This document shows, one piece after another, positions 17,120 to 27,779 of a stretch of 64,000 nt of DNA. The translations under genes and the position numbers were made by a program. The stretch's first letter is position 1. Every line of letters begins with the position of its first letter. The DNA comes from Chloroflexota bacterium (GTDB lineage Bacteria; Chloroflexota; Dehalococcoidia; Lucifugimonadales; JACPCL1), in NCBI GenBank assembly GCA_016179765.1, contig JACPCL010000031.1, positions 341 to 64,340 on the forward strand, given 5' to 3'. Below the pieces are notes generated by a model. That model saw only the letters and a list, made by a program, of their open reading frames with translations. It ran no database searches and was not told the origin of the DNA.

Positions 17120-19651
17120 ATGAAAGTCCCGCTGTCCTGGCTCCGGTCCTACGTGCCCATAGAGATGCCCCCCAAGGAGCTGGCCCACCGCCTGACCATG
17201 GCCGGCCTGGAGACCGGCGGCGTGGAGGTCATCGGCGAAGGATGGGATAACATCGTGGTGGGCCACGTCCTGGAGGTGAGCCCGCACCCTAACGCTGACC
17301 GCCTGCGCCTGGCCACCGTTGACCTGGGCGGCGAGCAGATGACCGTCGTGTGCGGCGCGCCCAACGTCGCGGCGGGCCAGCGCGTCGCCTTTGCCCGGGT
17401 GGGCGCGGAGCCAATAGACGCCCACACCGGCCAGCGCCAGCGTCTCCAGGCCGCCCGCATTCGCGGCGTCGTCTCCCAGGGCATGGTCTGCTCCGCCCGG
17501 GAGCTGGGCCTGGGCGATGAGCACACGGGCATCCTCGTCCTGGATGAAGGCGCCCCCATCGGCGCGCCCCTGGCTGATGTCCTGGGCGACGCCATCCTGG
17601 ACACCAAGCCCACCACCAACCGGCCCGACTGGCTCTCCGTCTTGGGCGTCGCCCACGAGGTTGGGGCCATCACGGTGCAGATGGTGGCCGAGCCGCCTAT
17701 CTCCTACTGGGAGGAGGGCCCGGCTATTGAGAGCCAGGTGAAGATACTCGTGGAGGCGCCAGACCTGGCCCCGCGTTACACCGCCAGCCTCATCCTGGGT
17801 GCCAGGATAGGGCCATCCCCCGCCTGGATGCAGGAGCGCCTGAGGCGGGCGGGCCAGCGCCCCATCAACAACCTGGTGGACATCACCAACTACGTCATGT
17901 TGGAGTACGGCCAGCCCCTGCACGCCTTTGATTATGACAAGCTGGCCGAGCATACGGTCCGGGTCCGTCGCGCCGCGCCCGGGGAAGCGCTGACGACCCT
18001 GGACGGCCAGGTCCGCCGCCTGAGCGCCGACATGCTGGTCATCGCCGACGCCCGCATCCCCGTGGGCCTGGCGGGGGTCATGGGAGGGGCCAACTCCGAG
18101 ATGACCATCGCAACGACCAACATTCTTCTTGAGTCGGCCAGCTTCAACCCCATCTCCATCCGGCGCACTCGGACTGCCCTGGACCTGAAGACCGGGGCGT
18201 CCGATCGTTTTGAGCGCGGCCTCAGCCCGGAGGTGGCCCCCATGGGCCTGCGCCGCGCTACTCAGCTTATCCTGGCCCTGGCGGGCGGCCAGGCCGCTCG
18301 GGGCGTCATAGACCTCTATCCCGGCCGCAAGCCCAAGGGGCCGCTGCCTCTTACCCTTGCCCGCGTCCGCAAAGTCCTGGGCGTGGACTACTCCCTGAGT
18401 GACTGCTTCCGTGCCCTGCATTCCCTGGGATTTGAGCCGGAGCTACGGGGCGAAACGACCCTTCTGGCGCACATCCCCTACTGGCGGAGCGACATCTCCA
18501 TGGAGGACGACCTGGTGGAGGAGATTGCCCGCATCAAAGGCTACGATAGTGTGCCCACTACCTACCTGGCGGTAAGCATTCCGCCCCATCAGTCCAACCC
18601 GCGCCGGGAGCTGCGAGAGAGGGTGCGCGACCTGCTGGTAGGGGCTGGCCTGCAGGAGACCATCGGCTACGCCCTGACCAGCATAGAGGCGCTGAGCGCC
18701 GTCCAGGACCTGTCCCCCATCGGCCAGCCCCTGAAGGTGGCAAACCCCCTGAGCACCCGCTCGGAGGCCTTCCACGCCGCCAAGGTCCAGGACACCCTGC
18801 GGTACCGGGAGCACCTGCGCACCACCCTGCGGGCCGGCCTCCTGGAGGCCCTCGCCTCCAACCAGCGCTTCGTCCCAATGGAATCGGGGCTGCGCCTCTT
18901 TGAGGTGGGCCGCGCCTATCTCCCACAGCCCGGCGACCTGCCCAACGAACGGGAGATGGCCGCCGGCCTCCTGTGGGGCCAGCGAAGCCCCCTCCCCTGG
19001 TCCCACCAGGAGGACGTCGCCGGCTTCTACGACGCCAAGGGCGTTGTGGCGGCCCTCCTTTCGGAGCTGCACCTGGCCGCCGAGTATGCCCCTCTTCCCT
19101 CCCCCCTCGCGGGGGAGGGTGGGAGTGGGTCTCTTCCTTCCCCCTTGACGGGGGAAGGCCAGGATAGGGGTGAGGACCCGCTCTTCCGACCAGGCCGCGC
19201 CGCGAGCATCAGCATTGGCGGCCAGGCCGTCGGCGTCGTGGGTGAGGTGCGCCCCCAGGTCCTGGACACCTTCGGAGGGAGGGAGGGAACCGTCGCCTTC
19301 TTTGAGCTTGACCTGGACGCCCTCCTGCCCCTGCTGCCCCAGGGCACTCGCTCTTTCACGCCCCTCTCCGAGTACCCCGGGGCCTATCGCGACCTGGCCC
19401 TGGTGGTGGGCGCCGAGGTCCCCGCCGCCACCGTGGAGTCCCTCATAGGGAGGCACCCCCTGGTAGAAAGCGCCGCCCTTTTTGACGTCTACGCTGGCGA
19501 TAATGTGCCGGCAGGCACGCGCTCCATGGCGTTTCGCATCCACTACCAGTCGCCCACAGAAACCTTGACCGCTCAGGCCGTCGCCTCCGCCCAGGACCAG
19601 CTCCTCCGTGACCTGGAGCGTGAGACGGGCGCAAAGCTGAGAGGGCCCTAG
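17120..19651 (+). CDS. pheT: Phenylalanine--tRNA ligase beta subunit
   Basis: MKVPLSWLRSYV start; tRNA-binding, B3/4, B5 and FDX-ACB regions recognisable. Contains a repeat-derived insert at 19091-19175. No pheS upstream. Confidence 0.95.
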   Translation: MKVPLSWLRSYVPIEMPPKELAHRLTMAGLETGGVEVIGEGWDNIVVGHVLEVSPHPNADRLRLATVDLGGEQMTVVCGAPNVAAGQRVAFARVGAEPIDAHTGQRQRLQAARIRGVVSQGMVCSARELGLGDEHTGILVLDEGAPIGAPLADVLGDAILDTKPTTNRPDWLSVLGVAHEVGAITVQMVAEPPISYWEEGPAIESQVKILVEAPDLAPRYTASLILGARIGPSPAWMQERLRRAGQRPINNLVDITNYVMLEYGQPLHAFDYDKLAEHTVRVRRAAPGEALTTLDGQVRRLSADMLVIADARIPVGLAGVMGGANSEMTIATTNILLESASFNPISIRRTRTALDLKTGASDRFERGLSPEVAPMGLRRATQLILALAGGQAARGVIDLYPGRKPKGPLPLTLARVRKVLGVDYSLSDCFRALHSLGFEPELRGETTLLAHIPYWRSDISMEDDLVEEIARIKGYDSVPTTYLAVSIPPHQSNPRRELRERVRDLLVGAGLQETIGYALTSIEALSAVQDLSPIGQPLKVANPLSTRSEAFHAAKVQDTLRYREHLRTTLRAGLLEALASNQRFVPMESGLRLFEVGRAYLPQPGDLPNEREMAAGLLWGQRSPLPWSHQEDVAGFYDAKGVVAALLSELHLAAEYAPLPSPLAGEGGSGSLPSPLTGEGQDRGEDPLFRPGRAASISIGGQAVGVVGEVRPQVLDTFGGREGTVAFFELDLDALLPLLPQGTRSFTPLSEYPGAYRDLALVVGAEVPAATVESLIGRHPLVESAALFDVYAGDNVPAGTRSMAFRIHYQSPTETLTAQAVASAQDQLLRDLERETGAKLRGP
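19091..19175 (+). repeat. Paired C5/G5 hairpin module (family D core type) carried in frame inside pheT
   Basis: CCCTCCCCCCTCGCGGGGGAGGG ... CCTTCCCCCTTGACGGGGGAAGG...GATAGGGGTGAGG. The same module is intergenic at ~37540-37650, ~50985-51065 and 60076-60160. Confidence 0.8.
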
Positions 19652-19826
19652 TGTCCCGTCCTTGAGGTTCATTGATAATGTGATTGCGCGGCCCGATGGT
19701 TCTAGGTTCTCGCCACAGGCTCTGGAGGGCCGTGGCAATCCGGCGACGGGGTCACCCCTCCTCCAGGTTGCTTCGTCGTCCTTCCAGGGAAGGACTCCTC
19801 GCAATGACAATTCGCAAACGTATTTC
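19652..19826 (+). repeat. Family B long-hairpin element directly abutting the pheT stop
   Basis: Aligns with 3147-3290 end to end, with an internal ~30-nt insertion. Confidence 0.8.
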
Positions 19827-20000
19827 GGGGACAGCACACGAGCATCCCTCTCCGTTGCCGTTGCGCCGTTGCCATGGTCACGTTATGGCTCCTGCCTGTT
19901 GCTACGGAATCCTTTGCCGTGAGGCAAACACCCAAGGTAATCCGTCATAAGATAGCCTTGTTTCCACCCTTCCCAGGCTGCGCACCAAAGGAATCCCCTC

Positions 20001-20029
20001 TTGACAAGCCTGGACGGGGGCACTACAGT
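20001..20029 (+). promoter_or_regulatory. Sigma-70-type promoter of groESL (TTGACA-17-TACAGT)
   Basis: Consensus -35 at 20001-20006, 17-nt spacer, -10 at 20024-20029, immediately upstream of CIRCE. Confidence 0.7.
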
Positions 20030-20039
20030 ATGGCTTGGA

Positions 20040-20066
20040 TTAGCAGTCGGCCCATAGGACTGCTAA
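20040..20066. promoter_or_regulatory. CIRCE operator (HrcA site) TTAGCAGTC-N9-GACTGCTAA
   Basis: Perfect 9-bp inverted repeat with a 9-nt spacer. One position per arm differs from the consensus TTAGCACTC-N9-GAGTGCTAA. Lies upstream of groES. Confidence 0.85.
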
Positions 20067-20107
20067 AAGCAAAGCCCAGCAAATAGACCGTAGGAAAGGA
20101 GGTTGTC

Positions 20108-20401
20108 GTGCCCAGAAAGTTTCATCCCTTAGGTGACCGCGTTGTGATCAAGCCATCCACAAAGGAAGAGCGCACCAGTTCTGGCCTGGTCCTGCCGGAC
20201 ACCGCCAAGGAAAAGCCCCAGGAGGGGGAAGTGGTGGCCGCGGGCCCTGGCCGCGTTGCCGATGACGGAAAGCGCATCGCCATGGAGGTCAAGGTGGGAG
20301 ACCTGGTGGTCTACTCCAAGTACGCCGGCGCCGAGCTCAAAGAGGAAGGCCAGGAGTACCTGATCCTTCGGGAGGCGGACATCCTGGCCAAGGTTGGATA
20401 G
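20108..20401 (+). CDS. groES: Co-chaperonin GroES
   Basis: GTG start after AAGGAGG; PLGDRVVIK...GEVVAAGPG motifs. Confidence 0.95.
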   Translation: MPRKFHPLGDRVVIKPSTKEERTSSGLVLPDTAKEKPQEGEVVAAGPGRVADDGKRIAMEVKVGDLVVYSKYAGAELKEEGQEYLILREADILAKVG

Positions 20402-20404
20402 CCC

Positions 20405-20527
20405 TTTTGTCATTCTGAGCAAGTCCGCCAGAGGCGGACGCCGCGAAGAACCTCCCCTGGTGAGAGATTCATTGGGTTGTCCCGATACAATCGGGACTCC
20501 CTCAGCATGACAATCAATGAAACGTTT
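20405..20527 (+). repeat. Family B-like hairpin element (GTCATTCTGAG...CTCAGCATGAC) in the groES-groEL spacer
   Basis: Shares the outer stem and the ATGACAAT..AAACGTTT tail with family B. Confidence 0.6.
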
Positions 20528-20540
20528 ACATCTACTAAGA

Positions 20541-20637
20541 AGCTATCTCAAAAACCTTTGCAGTACCGCACCCTTCAGGGTGCGGTATGATACCCCAGTC
20601 CTCAGGTTGGGGTAAAGAAAGCCATTTTGAGATAGTT
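20541..20637 (+). other. ~97-nt AT-richer element predicted to fold as a three-stem structure just upstream of the groEL RBS
   Basis: P1 is GCTATCTCAAAA/TTTTGAGATAGT (12 bp, one terminal G-U). P2 is TACCGCACCC-TTCA-GGGTGCGGTA. P3 is TACCCCA-N10-TGGGGTA. Single copy in the window. Confidence 0.45.
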
Positions 20638-20642
20638 TCTAA

Positions 20643-22283
<1,641 letters not shown>

Positions 22284-22299
22284 GTCAACTGCCTCTAGG

Positions 22300-22342
22300 A
22301 AACAGAGGAGCGCCCCGACTTTGTCGGGGCGCTCCTCTGTTT
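22300..22342. terminator. 19-bp perfect-stem hairpin terminator after groEL
   Basis: AAACAGAGGAGCGCCCCGA-CTTTG-TCGGGGCGCTCCTCTGTTT. Confidence 0.7.
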
Positions 22343-22382
22343 AAGAGGCTAAGGACCAGCCCTTCCGGTGCATAGATGATTT

Positions 22383-22475
22383 GAATCGTTGTGATGCGCC
22401 ATAGGCGCATCACAACGATTCTTTGTATCATCGTTCCCCTCTCCCAGGAGGAGAGGGGAACCACAGGGGGAGAGG
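22383..22475. repeat. Family C element (hairpin 22383-22421 plus GGGAGAGGGG module) abutting the Lon-like gene stop
   Basis: GAATCGTTGTGATGCGCC-ATA-GGCGCATCACAACGATTC. Confidence 0.8.
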
Positions 22476-24968
22476 TTAAGAGGATACTTCGTGGTCGTTG
22501 GCAGTGGCCGGGCTGTTGGCAGCCGCAGGTTGCCCATCCTCGCCGTCATCGCGGTGGAAGAGCTCCCGGGCCCTTTCCGCCAGGCGGTCCAGGTTCTTGA
22601 TAATGGCGTGGTTGATGGTTCCTTCTGGATAGCTACCCGCGTCGTTGGGCTGGCCCATGGGGACGCCCGTCAGCAGCTCCATGCCCTGCTCAATGGTGTC
22701 CACCGCCCACACGTGGAACCTGCCCTCCTTCACCGCTTGCACCACGTCATCCCGCAGGATCAGGTTCTTGACGTTCGTCATTGGAATGACAACCCCCTGC
22801 TGGCCGGTGAGGCCCTTGGCCTTGCACACGTCGTAGAAGCCCTCCACCTTGTAGATGGCGCCGCCAATGGCCTGCACCTGGCCAAACTGGTTGACCGAGC
22901 CGGTGACGGCGATGCCCTGCTTGATGGGCATGACGGAAAGGCTGGAGAGCAGGGCGTAGAGCTCCGCGGCGGAGGCGGAGTCGCCCTCCACCTCGTCGTA
23001 GGTCTGCTCAAAGCCAATGGAGGAGCGCACGTTGAGTGGCCGGTCCTGGCCGTACTTGCCCATCAGGTAGCTGGTGAGGATGAAGAAGCCCTTGTTGTGG
23101 ACGCGCCCCGTCATCTGGGCCTCCCGGTCCAGGTTGGCTACCTGGCCCCGTCCCAGGGAGGTACGAGCCGTGATACGCACCGGCCGCCCGAAGGTGTAGT
23201 CGCCCAGCATAAGCACTGAGAGGCCATTGACCTGGCCCACCACGGCGCCCGCGGTGTCAATCATGATGGCGCCGTCGTCGGTGAAGTCCTGGATGCGCTC
23301 TTCTGGCAGGTTAGAGCGGTAGGTCTTCTGCTGGATGGCCTTGGCAATGTGCTCCGCCATGACCAGCCGGCTGCTGCCATCGTGCCTGGCCCAGTAGTCC
23401 GCCTCGGTGATCAGGTCGGCAATGTCAATGAACCGGGTGGTCAAGCGTTCCTGGTCTTCCACCAGGCGTGAGGCGTACTCCACCAGCTTGGCCACGGCGC
23501 CCTTGTGAAAGGGTTTGATGTTGAAGTCGCGGCGGCGGTTGCACACGAAGCAGGCATAGAAACGGATATTCTCCGGCGTCTTCTCCATGGAGAGGTCAAA
23601 GTCTGCCTTGACTTTGAAGAACTTTCGGAAGTCTTCATCGGCCCGTTGGAGAAGCGCAAAGAGCTGGGGCGTCCCCATCAGGACAATCTTGGCGCTGATG
23701 GGTATGGGCTCAGGACGCAGTGTGGCGGTGGGGATGGAGCTGTTCTGCTCGGCGAAGTTCTCTATGCGGGCCTCTCCGGTGCGCAACACGTGCTTCAGGG
23801 TCCCCCAGGCAAGGGGGTTGGCCAGGATGTCCTTGGCCTGGAGGGCCAGGTAGCCGCCGTTGGCCAGGTGGATGGCTCCTGGACGCACCATGGTAAGGTC
23901 CGTGGCGGCAGTGCCATAACGGGGCCGGTACTCCACGCGGCCAAAGAGGTTGTAGTAGGAGGGGTTATATTCAAAGATGACGGGGGCGCCCTCGGTGCGG
24001 CCGTTGTCCACCAGGACGTTGACCCTGTAGCGGGTGAAACGCTCCGCCTCCGGGATGTCGCGGACCGCCGCCGCCTCATCCTGCGTCTGCTCCTGCTGCT
24101 GGCGCTGCTCTTCGTGGACGCGGAACTCGTCCACGTGCTCAGCGATGTCCTCACGTACGTCATCCATGTGGGCGAGCACGGCGGGGATATCCTTGTACTT
24201 CTCCTTGAGCTCCATGAAGGCAGGGGCGGTGACGGAGCGCACCAGGTCCCTGTCCACCTGGGCGCGGAGGCGGAAGACCTCACGCTCCACGCGGCGCAGC
24301 TCTATGAGGCGCTTGTTGATGAACTCCTGAAGGGCCTCGCTCTTGACACGCAGAGCGGCCTTGACCTCCTCCGAGAGGGCGTTGTAGACCTCCCGGCTGA
24401 TGGGTTGGCCGTTGATGATGGGGGTGGTGAGGATGCCCGTGGGAGAGGGCTGTACCGTGAAGCCCTGGCGCTGGGCCTCTTCATCTATGCTCTGGGTGAT
24501 GGACTCCCGCTGGGTCTGGACGCCGCGCATCGCCTCCTCTACCTTCGTGCGGTACTCCTCACTCTCAAAGGCGCCGGGGATGTTCCGCAGGCAGTCCCGT
24601 ATCAGCTCCTCCATGTCCTGGACGAGCTGCCTTCCGATGCCAGGGGGGACGCGGACGGCGAGGGGCTGGAGGGGGTCACGGAAGTTGTGAAGGTAGCACC
24701 AGTCGTCAGGGGTGGGGTGCTCGCTGGCCACCCTATTCAGGAAGCCAAGCAGGGTTGTGGTGCGGCCTGTGCCCGGATAGCCGACCACGTAGATGTTGTA
24801 GCCGGGGGCCTCCACATTCAGGCCAAAGTCCAGGGCGGCGATGGCCCGGTCCTGGCCCACGGTGCCTTCCAAAGGGGAGAGCTCCTCTGTCGTCTCAAAG
24901 CCCAGGCTATCGGGGTCGCAGCGGCAGGTCAGCTTATCCACGGGGACACGGAGAGCGTCTAAGTCCAT
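22476..24968 (-). CDS. Lon-like protease of the LonC/COG1067 type (AAA-like domain plus S16 protease domain)
   Basis: P-loop-like GYPGTGRTT has Arg where the Walker A Lys is expected. Long charged helical insert. C-terminal Ser-Lys protease motifs EGDSASAAE and GGAIYKVEG. Confidence 0.8.
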   Translation of the reverse strand: MDLDALRVPVDKLTCRCDPDSLGFETTEELSPLEGTVGQDRAIAALDFGLNVEAPGYNIYVVGYPGTGRTTTLLGFLNRVASEHPTPDDWCYLHNFRDPLQPLAVRVPPGIGRQLVQDMEELIRDCLRNIPGAFESEEYRTKVEEAMRGVQTQRESITQSIDEEAQRQGFTVQPSPTGILTTPIINGQPISREVYNALSEEVKAALRVKSEALQEFINKRLIELRRVEREVFRLRAQVDRDLVRSVTAPAFMELKEKYKDIPAVLAHMDDVREDIAEHVDEFRVHEEQRQQQEQTQDEAAAVRDIPEAERFTRYRVNVLVDNGRTEGAPVIFEYNPSYYNLFGRVEYRPRYGTAATDLTMVRPGAIHLANGGYLALQAKDILANPLAWGTLKHVLRTGEARIENFAEQNSSIPTATLRPEPIPISAKIVLMGTPQLFALLQRADEDFRKFFKVKADFDLSMEKTPENIRFYACFVCNRRRDFNIKPFHKGAVAKLVEYASRLVEDQERLTTRFIDIADLITEADYWARHDGSSRLVMAEHIAKAIQQKTYRSNLPEERIQDFTDDGAIMIDTAGAVVGQVNGLSVLMLGDYTFGRPVRITARTSLGRGQVANLDREAQMTGRVHNKGFFILTSYLMGKYGQDRPLNVRSSIGFEQTYDEVEGDSASAAELYALLSSLSVMPIKQGIAVTGSVNQFGQVQAIGGAIYKVEGFYDVCKAKGLTGQQGVVIPMTNVKNLILRDDVVQAVKEGRFHVWAVDTIEQGMELLTGVPMGQPNDAGSYPEGTINHAIIKNLDRLAERARELFHRDDGEDGQPAAANSPATANDHEVSS

Positions 24969-25146
24969 CAGGTAACCCTTTCAGAAACTGCACCTCTCAG
25001 TATGGAACAGGGGGAAGGGGCAGCGCAACCAGAGCGTGGAGTAGGTTGTCTTGTACACGACCATAAGTCTGGGGTTAGCCGAATCTACGTCTGGCACTGA
25101 AGCGCCAGGACTGGCTATTGCCACCCAGGCAAACAGAACCTTGTGG

Positions 25147-25175
25147 TTGACACCCCCTATGGGCAAGAGTAGATT
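25147..25175 (+). promoter_or_regulatory. Candidate promoter TTGACA-17-TAGATT upstream of the EamA gene
   Basis: Sequence match only. Confidence 0.4.
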
Positions 25176-25245
25176 TGAGGCGGGCCGACCGGCGCTACCC
25201 CGGCGGCCTTTTCCATCGTAGCGCCATGTAAGGAGTGAGCAAGCC

Positions 25246-26148
25246 GTGGACTGGGCCTTCGCAGCCTTAGCCAGCACCGCCGTCTTCGCCATGGTCAATG
25301 TGCTGGACAAGCGCATCCTGGCCGTGTACGTACCTGGCGTTGCAGGTTTCTATGCCCTGGTGGGCATTATCCAGCTTGGGATGGCAGCCGTGGCCCTTAT
25401 CGCCGTGTCCTGGCAAGGTGCCCCCGCGGGGGCGCTGGCCGCGGCGGTCGCCTCCGGCGTGCTGTGGGGCGTGGTGCTCCTGCTGCTGTTCTACGGGCTG
25501 CGCGTCCTGGAGGTCTCTCGGGTGGTGCCTTTTTTCAACACCTTCCCCGTCTTTACAGCCCTCATGTCCGTGGCTTTTTTGGGAGAACGGCTGCTGCTGG
25601 TACACTGGCTGGCTATCGCGACGGTCATCGCCGGGGCGGGCCTCTCTGCCGTGGGGCAAGGACAGAAGATGGGGGAAGGGAACCCGAGGCTGGCATACAC
25701 GGCGCTGCTCTTTGCCAGCGCCCTGACGGGTGCGGCCATCGTCACCTCCAAAGCGGCCCTGGATGGCATGGAGTTCTGGAACGTCTTTGCCCTGCGGTCC
25801 TTGCTCCTGGGGGCTGTGCTCCTTGTGCCGGGGCTGATGAGGGAAGGGCGGCGAGGGGCGTTGCAGGCGGTGTCCAACCCTAAAGGGCTTCTCCTCATAG
25901 TGGCTAACGAGGCCATGCTTGCCCCTCTTGGCCTGGTGTTCATGCTGGTGGCCTTTGACCGCGGGCCGGCCTCCCTTTCCTCCACCATCATGTCCTCACG
26001 GCCTATTTTTGTACTGCTCCTCAGCGCCCTGCTGAGCCTGCCCTTCATCCGCCTGCTGGACGAGCCGCTCACTCGGGAGGTGCTGGCGCTGAAGGTGGTG
26101 GCCATCGCCCTGGTGGTAGGGGGCGTCAGCGCCCTGACCCTTGCCTAG
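25246..26148 (+). CDS. EamA/DMT-family transporter
   Basis: GTG start after AAGGAG. Ten hydrophobic helices in two EamA-like halves. Confidence 0.8.
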   Translation: MDWAFAALASTAVFAMVNVLDKRILAVYVPGVAGFYALVGIIQLGMAAVALIAVSWQGAPAGALAAAVASGVLWGVVLLLLFYGLRVLEVSRVVPFFNTFPVFTALMSVAFLGERLLLVHWLAIATVIAGAGLSAVGQGQKMGEGNPRLAYTALLFASALTGAAIVTSKAALDGMEFWNVFALRSLLLGAVLLVPGLMREGRRGALQAVSNPKGLLLIVANEAMLAPLGLVFMLVAFDRGPASLSSTIMSSRPIFVLLLSALLSLPFIRLLDEPLTREVLALKVVAIALVVGGVSALTLA

Positions 26149-26228
26149 CCATGGAGGCAACCCCCCGGCTGGGTCTGCCGGCCCGGGCCTCTCGTTGGGA
26201 CAAGTCCTTGACCCCTGGAGGCGCTCCC

Positions 26229-26924
26229 ATGAACAAGGTGGTATCTTCGTTTGCGGAGGCTGTGGCCGACGTGCCCGACGGGGCGGTGATCATGATGGAT
26301 GGGTTTGGCGGCCCCGGCGGCATGCCCCAGCACCTTATTCTGGCGCTGCGGGACAACGGGGCCAAAGGCTTGACCATCATCAGCAACACCGCGGGCCTGC
26401 CGGACTTCGGCTCCCTTGGCGTGGCAGTGGCGGTGACGCACAACGTCCTCATGGAGAACGGGCAGGTGCGAAAGGTCATAGCCTCTTTTCCGGTGTCGGC
26501 CTCGCCGGCGCGGCCCAACGCCTTTGAGCTGCTGTACCGGGAAGGGAAGATTGAGCTGGAGCTGTCACCCCAGGGCACCCTGGCGGAGCGCATCCGCGCG
26601 GGCGGCGCGGGCATTCCCGCCTTCTACACCCCTACGGGGGCAGGCACGCCGGTGGCCCAGGGCAAGGAGGTGCGCACCTTCAATGGCCGGGCGTGCGTGC
26701 TGGAGCACGCCTTGCTGGCGGACTTCGCCTTTATCCGTGCCCATCAGGCCGATACCCTGGGCAACCTGTCGTACCGGGGCACCTCCCGCAACTTCAACGC
26801 CCTGATGGCAACCGCGGCGCGTATCACCATCGCCGAGGTGGATGAGGTCATGGAACCGGGCGGAATTGGTCCGGAGGCCATCATGACGCCGGGGATTTAC
26901 GTCAAACGCATTGTGAAGAGGTGA
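26229..26924 (+). CDS. 3-oxoacid CoA-transferase subunit A (family I)
   Basis: MNKVVSSFAEAVADVPDGAVIMMDGFGGPG is a typical ScoA/AtoD N-terminus. The track ORF starts earlier at 26151. Confidence 0.88.
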   Translation: MNKVVSSFAEAVADVPDGAVIMMDGFGGPGGMPQHLILALRDNGAKGLTIISNTAGLPDFGSLGVAVAVTHNVLMENGQVRKVIASFPVSASPARPNAFELLYREGKIELELSPQGTLAERIRAGGAGIPAFYTPTGAGTPVAQGKEVRTFNGRACVLEHALLADFAFIRAHQADTLGNLSYRGTSRNFNALMATAARITIAEVDEVMEPGGIGPEAIMTPGIYVKRIVKR

Positions 26925-26927
26925 GCC

Positions 26928-27590
26928 ATGCCAGAGCGGTTGGACAGGGAGCTCATCGCCATGCGGGTGGCCCAGGAGTTGCCCGAGGGCGCGTACGTGA
27001 ACCTGGGCATTGGCATTCCTACCCTGGTGTCGCAGTTTCTTCCCCCAGGCCGGACGGTGGTGTACCACAGCGAGAGCGGCGTGCTGGGCTATGGGCCCCT
27101 GGCCGGCCAGGGCCAGGAGGACATTGACCTGATCAACGCCGGGGGCCAGTTTCTGCTGCCTACCCCAGGCATGGCCTTCTTCAACTCGGCAGAGGGTTTC
27201 GCCATGGTCCGGGGCGGACACATAGACGTGGCGGTGATGGGGGCCTTCCAGGTATCGGAAAAGGGCGACCTGGCTAACTGGATGCTGCCCGCCCGAGGCG
27301 TTGGCAACATTGGAGGGGCCATGGACCTGGCGGCGGGAGCCAGGCGCGTCATTGTGGCCATGGAGCACACGGACCCCCAGGGCAAGCCGAAAATCGTGCG
27401 GCGATGCGCCTATCCCATCACCGGCCCGGGCTGCGTGAGCCTGATAGTGACGGACGTGGCGGTCATAGAGGTATCCCCTGCTGGCCTGACCCTCTTGGAG
27501 GTGGCACCTGGCTGGTCCCCCAGAGAGGTGCAGGAGATCACGGAGGCGCACCTCTCCGTAGCAAGGGACCTCAGGGAGATGGGTTTCTAG
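26928..27590 (+). CDS. 3-oxoacid CoA-transferase subunit B (family I)
   Basis: VNLGIGIPT...HSESGVLG (a SENG-type active-site Glu motif). Stop TAG lies in the CTAG flank of a family A element. Confidence 0.88.
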   Translation: MPERLDRELIAMRVAQELPEGAYVNLGIGIPTLVSQFLPPGRTVVYHSESGVLGYGPLAGQGQEDIDLINAGGQFLLPTPGMAFFNSAEGFAMVRGGHIDVAVMGAFQVSEKGDLANWMLPARGVGNIGGAMDLAAGARRVIVAMEHTDPQGKPKIVRRCAYPITGPGCVSLIVTDVAVIEVSPAGLTLLEVAPGWSPREVQEITEAHLSVARDLREMGF

Positions 27591-27683
27591 CTGAATTTGT
27601 ATCCGGGGGACACCCCCAGACCCCCGTCATCCCGACTTGTCGGGACGCCCCTCTGGACTCCCCTTTCTTCCTCAGCCACCTAG
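27587..27683 (+). mobile_element. Family A element, 3'-half type, CTAG on both flanks
   Basis: CTAG-CTGAATTTGTATCCGGGGGACACCCCCAGACCCCC...CAGCCAC-CTAG. Confidence 0.7.
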
Positions 27684-27779
27684 CTACCACGAAAGGGAAT
27701 GGAGAGGGGAAAACTCTTGCCAACGTTGGCAAAATGGAGTATACCTACAGGCGTAATTTCGCAAAAGGAGGCTCCTCCC

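Noticed and set aside
22476-24968. Interpreting the Lon-like protease as BrxL of a BREX defence system.
   Set aside because: No PglX/PglZ/BrxA-C-like genes are nearby. The neighbours are groEL and an EamA transporter. The architecture fits a stand-alone LonC/COG1067-type protease better.
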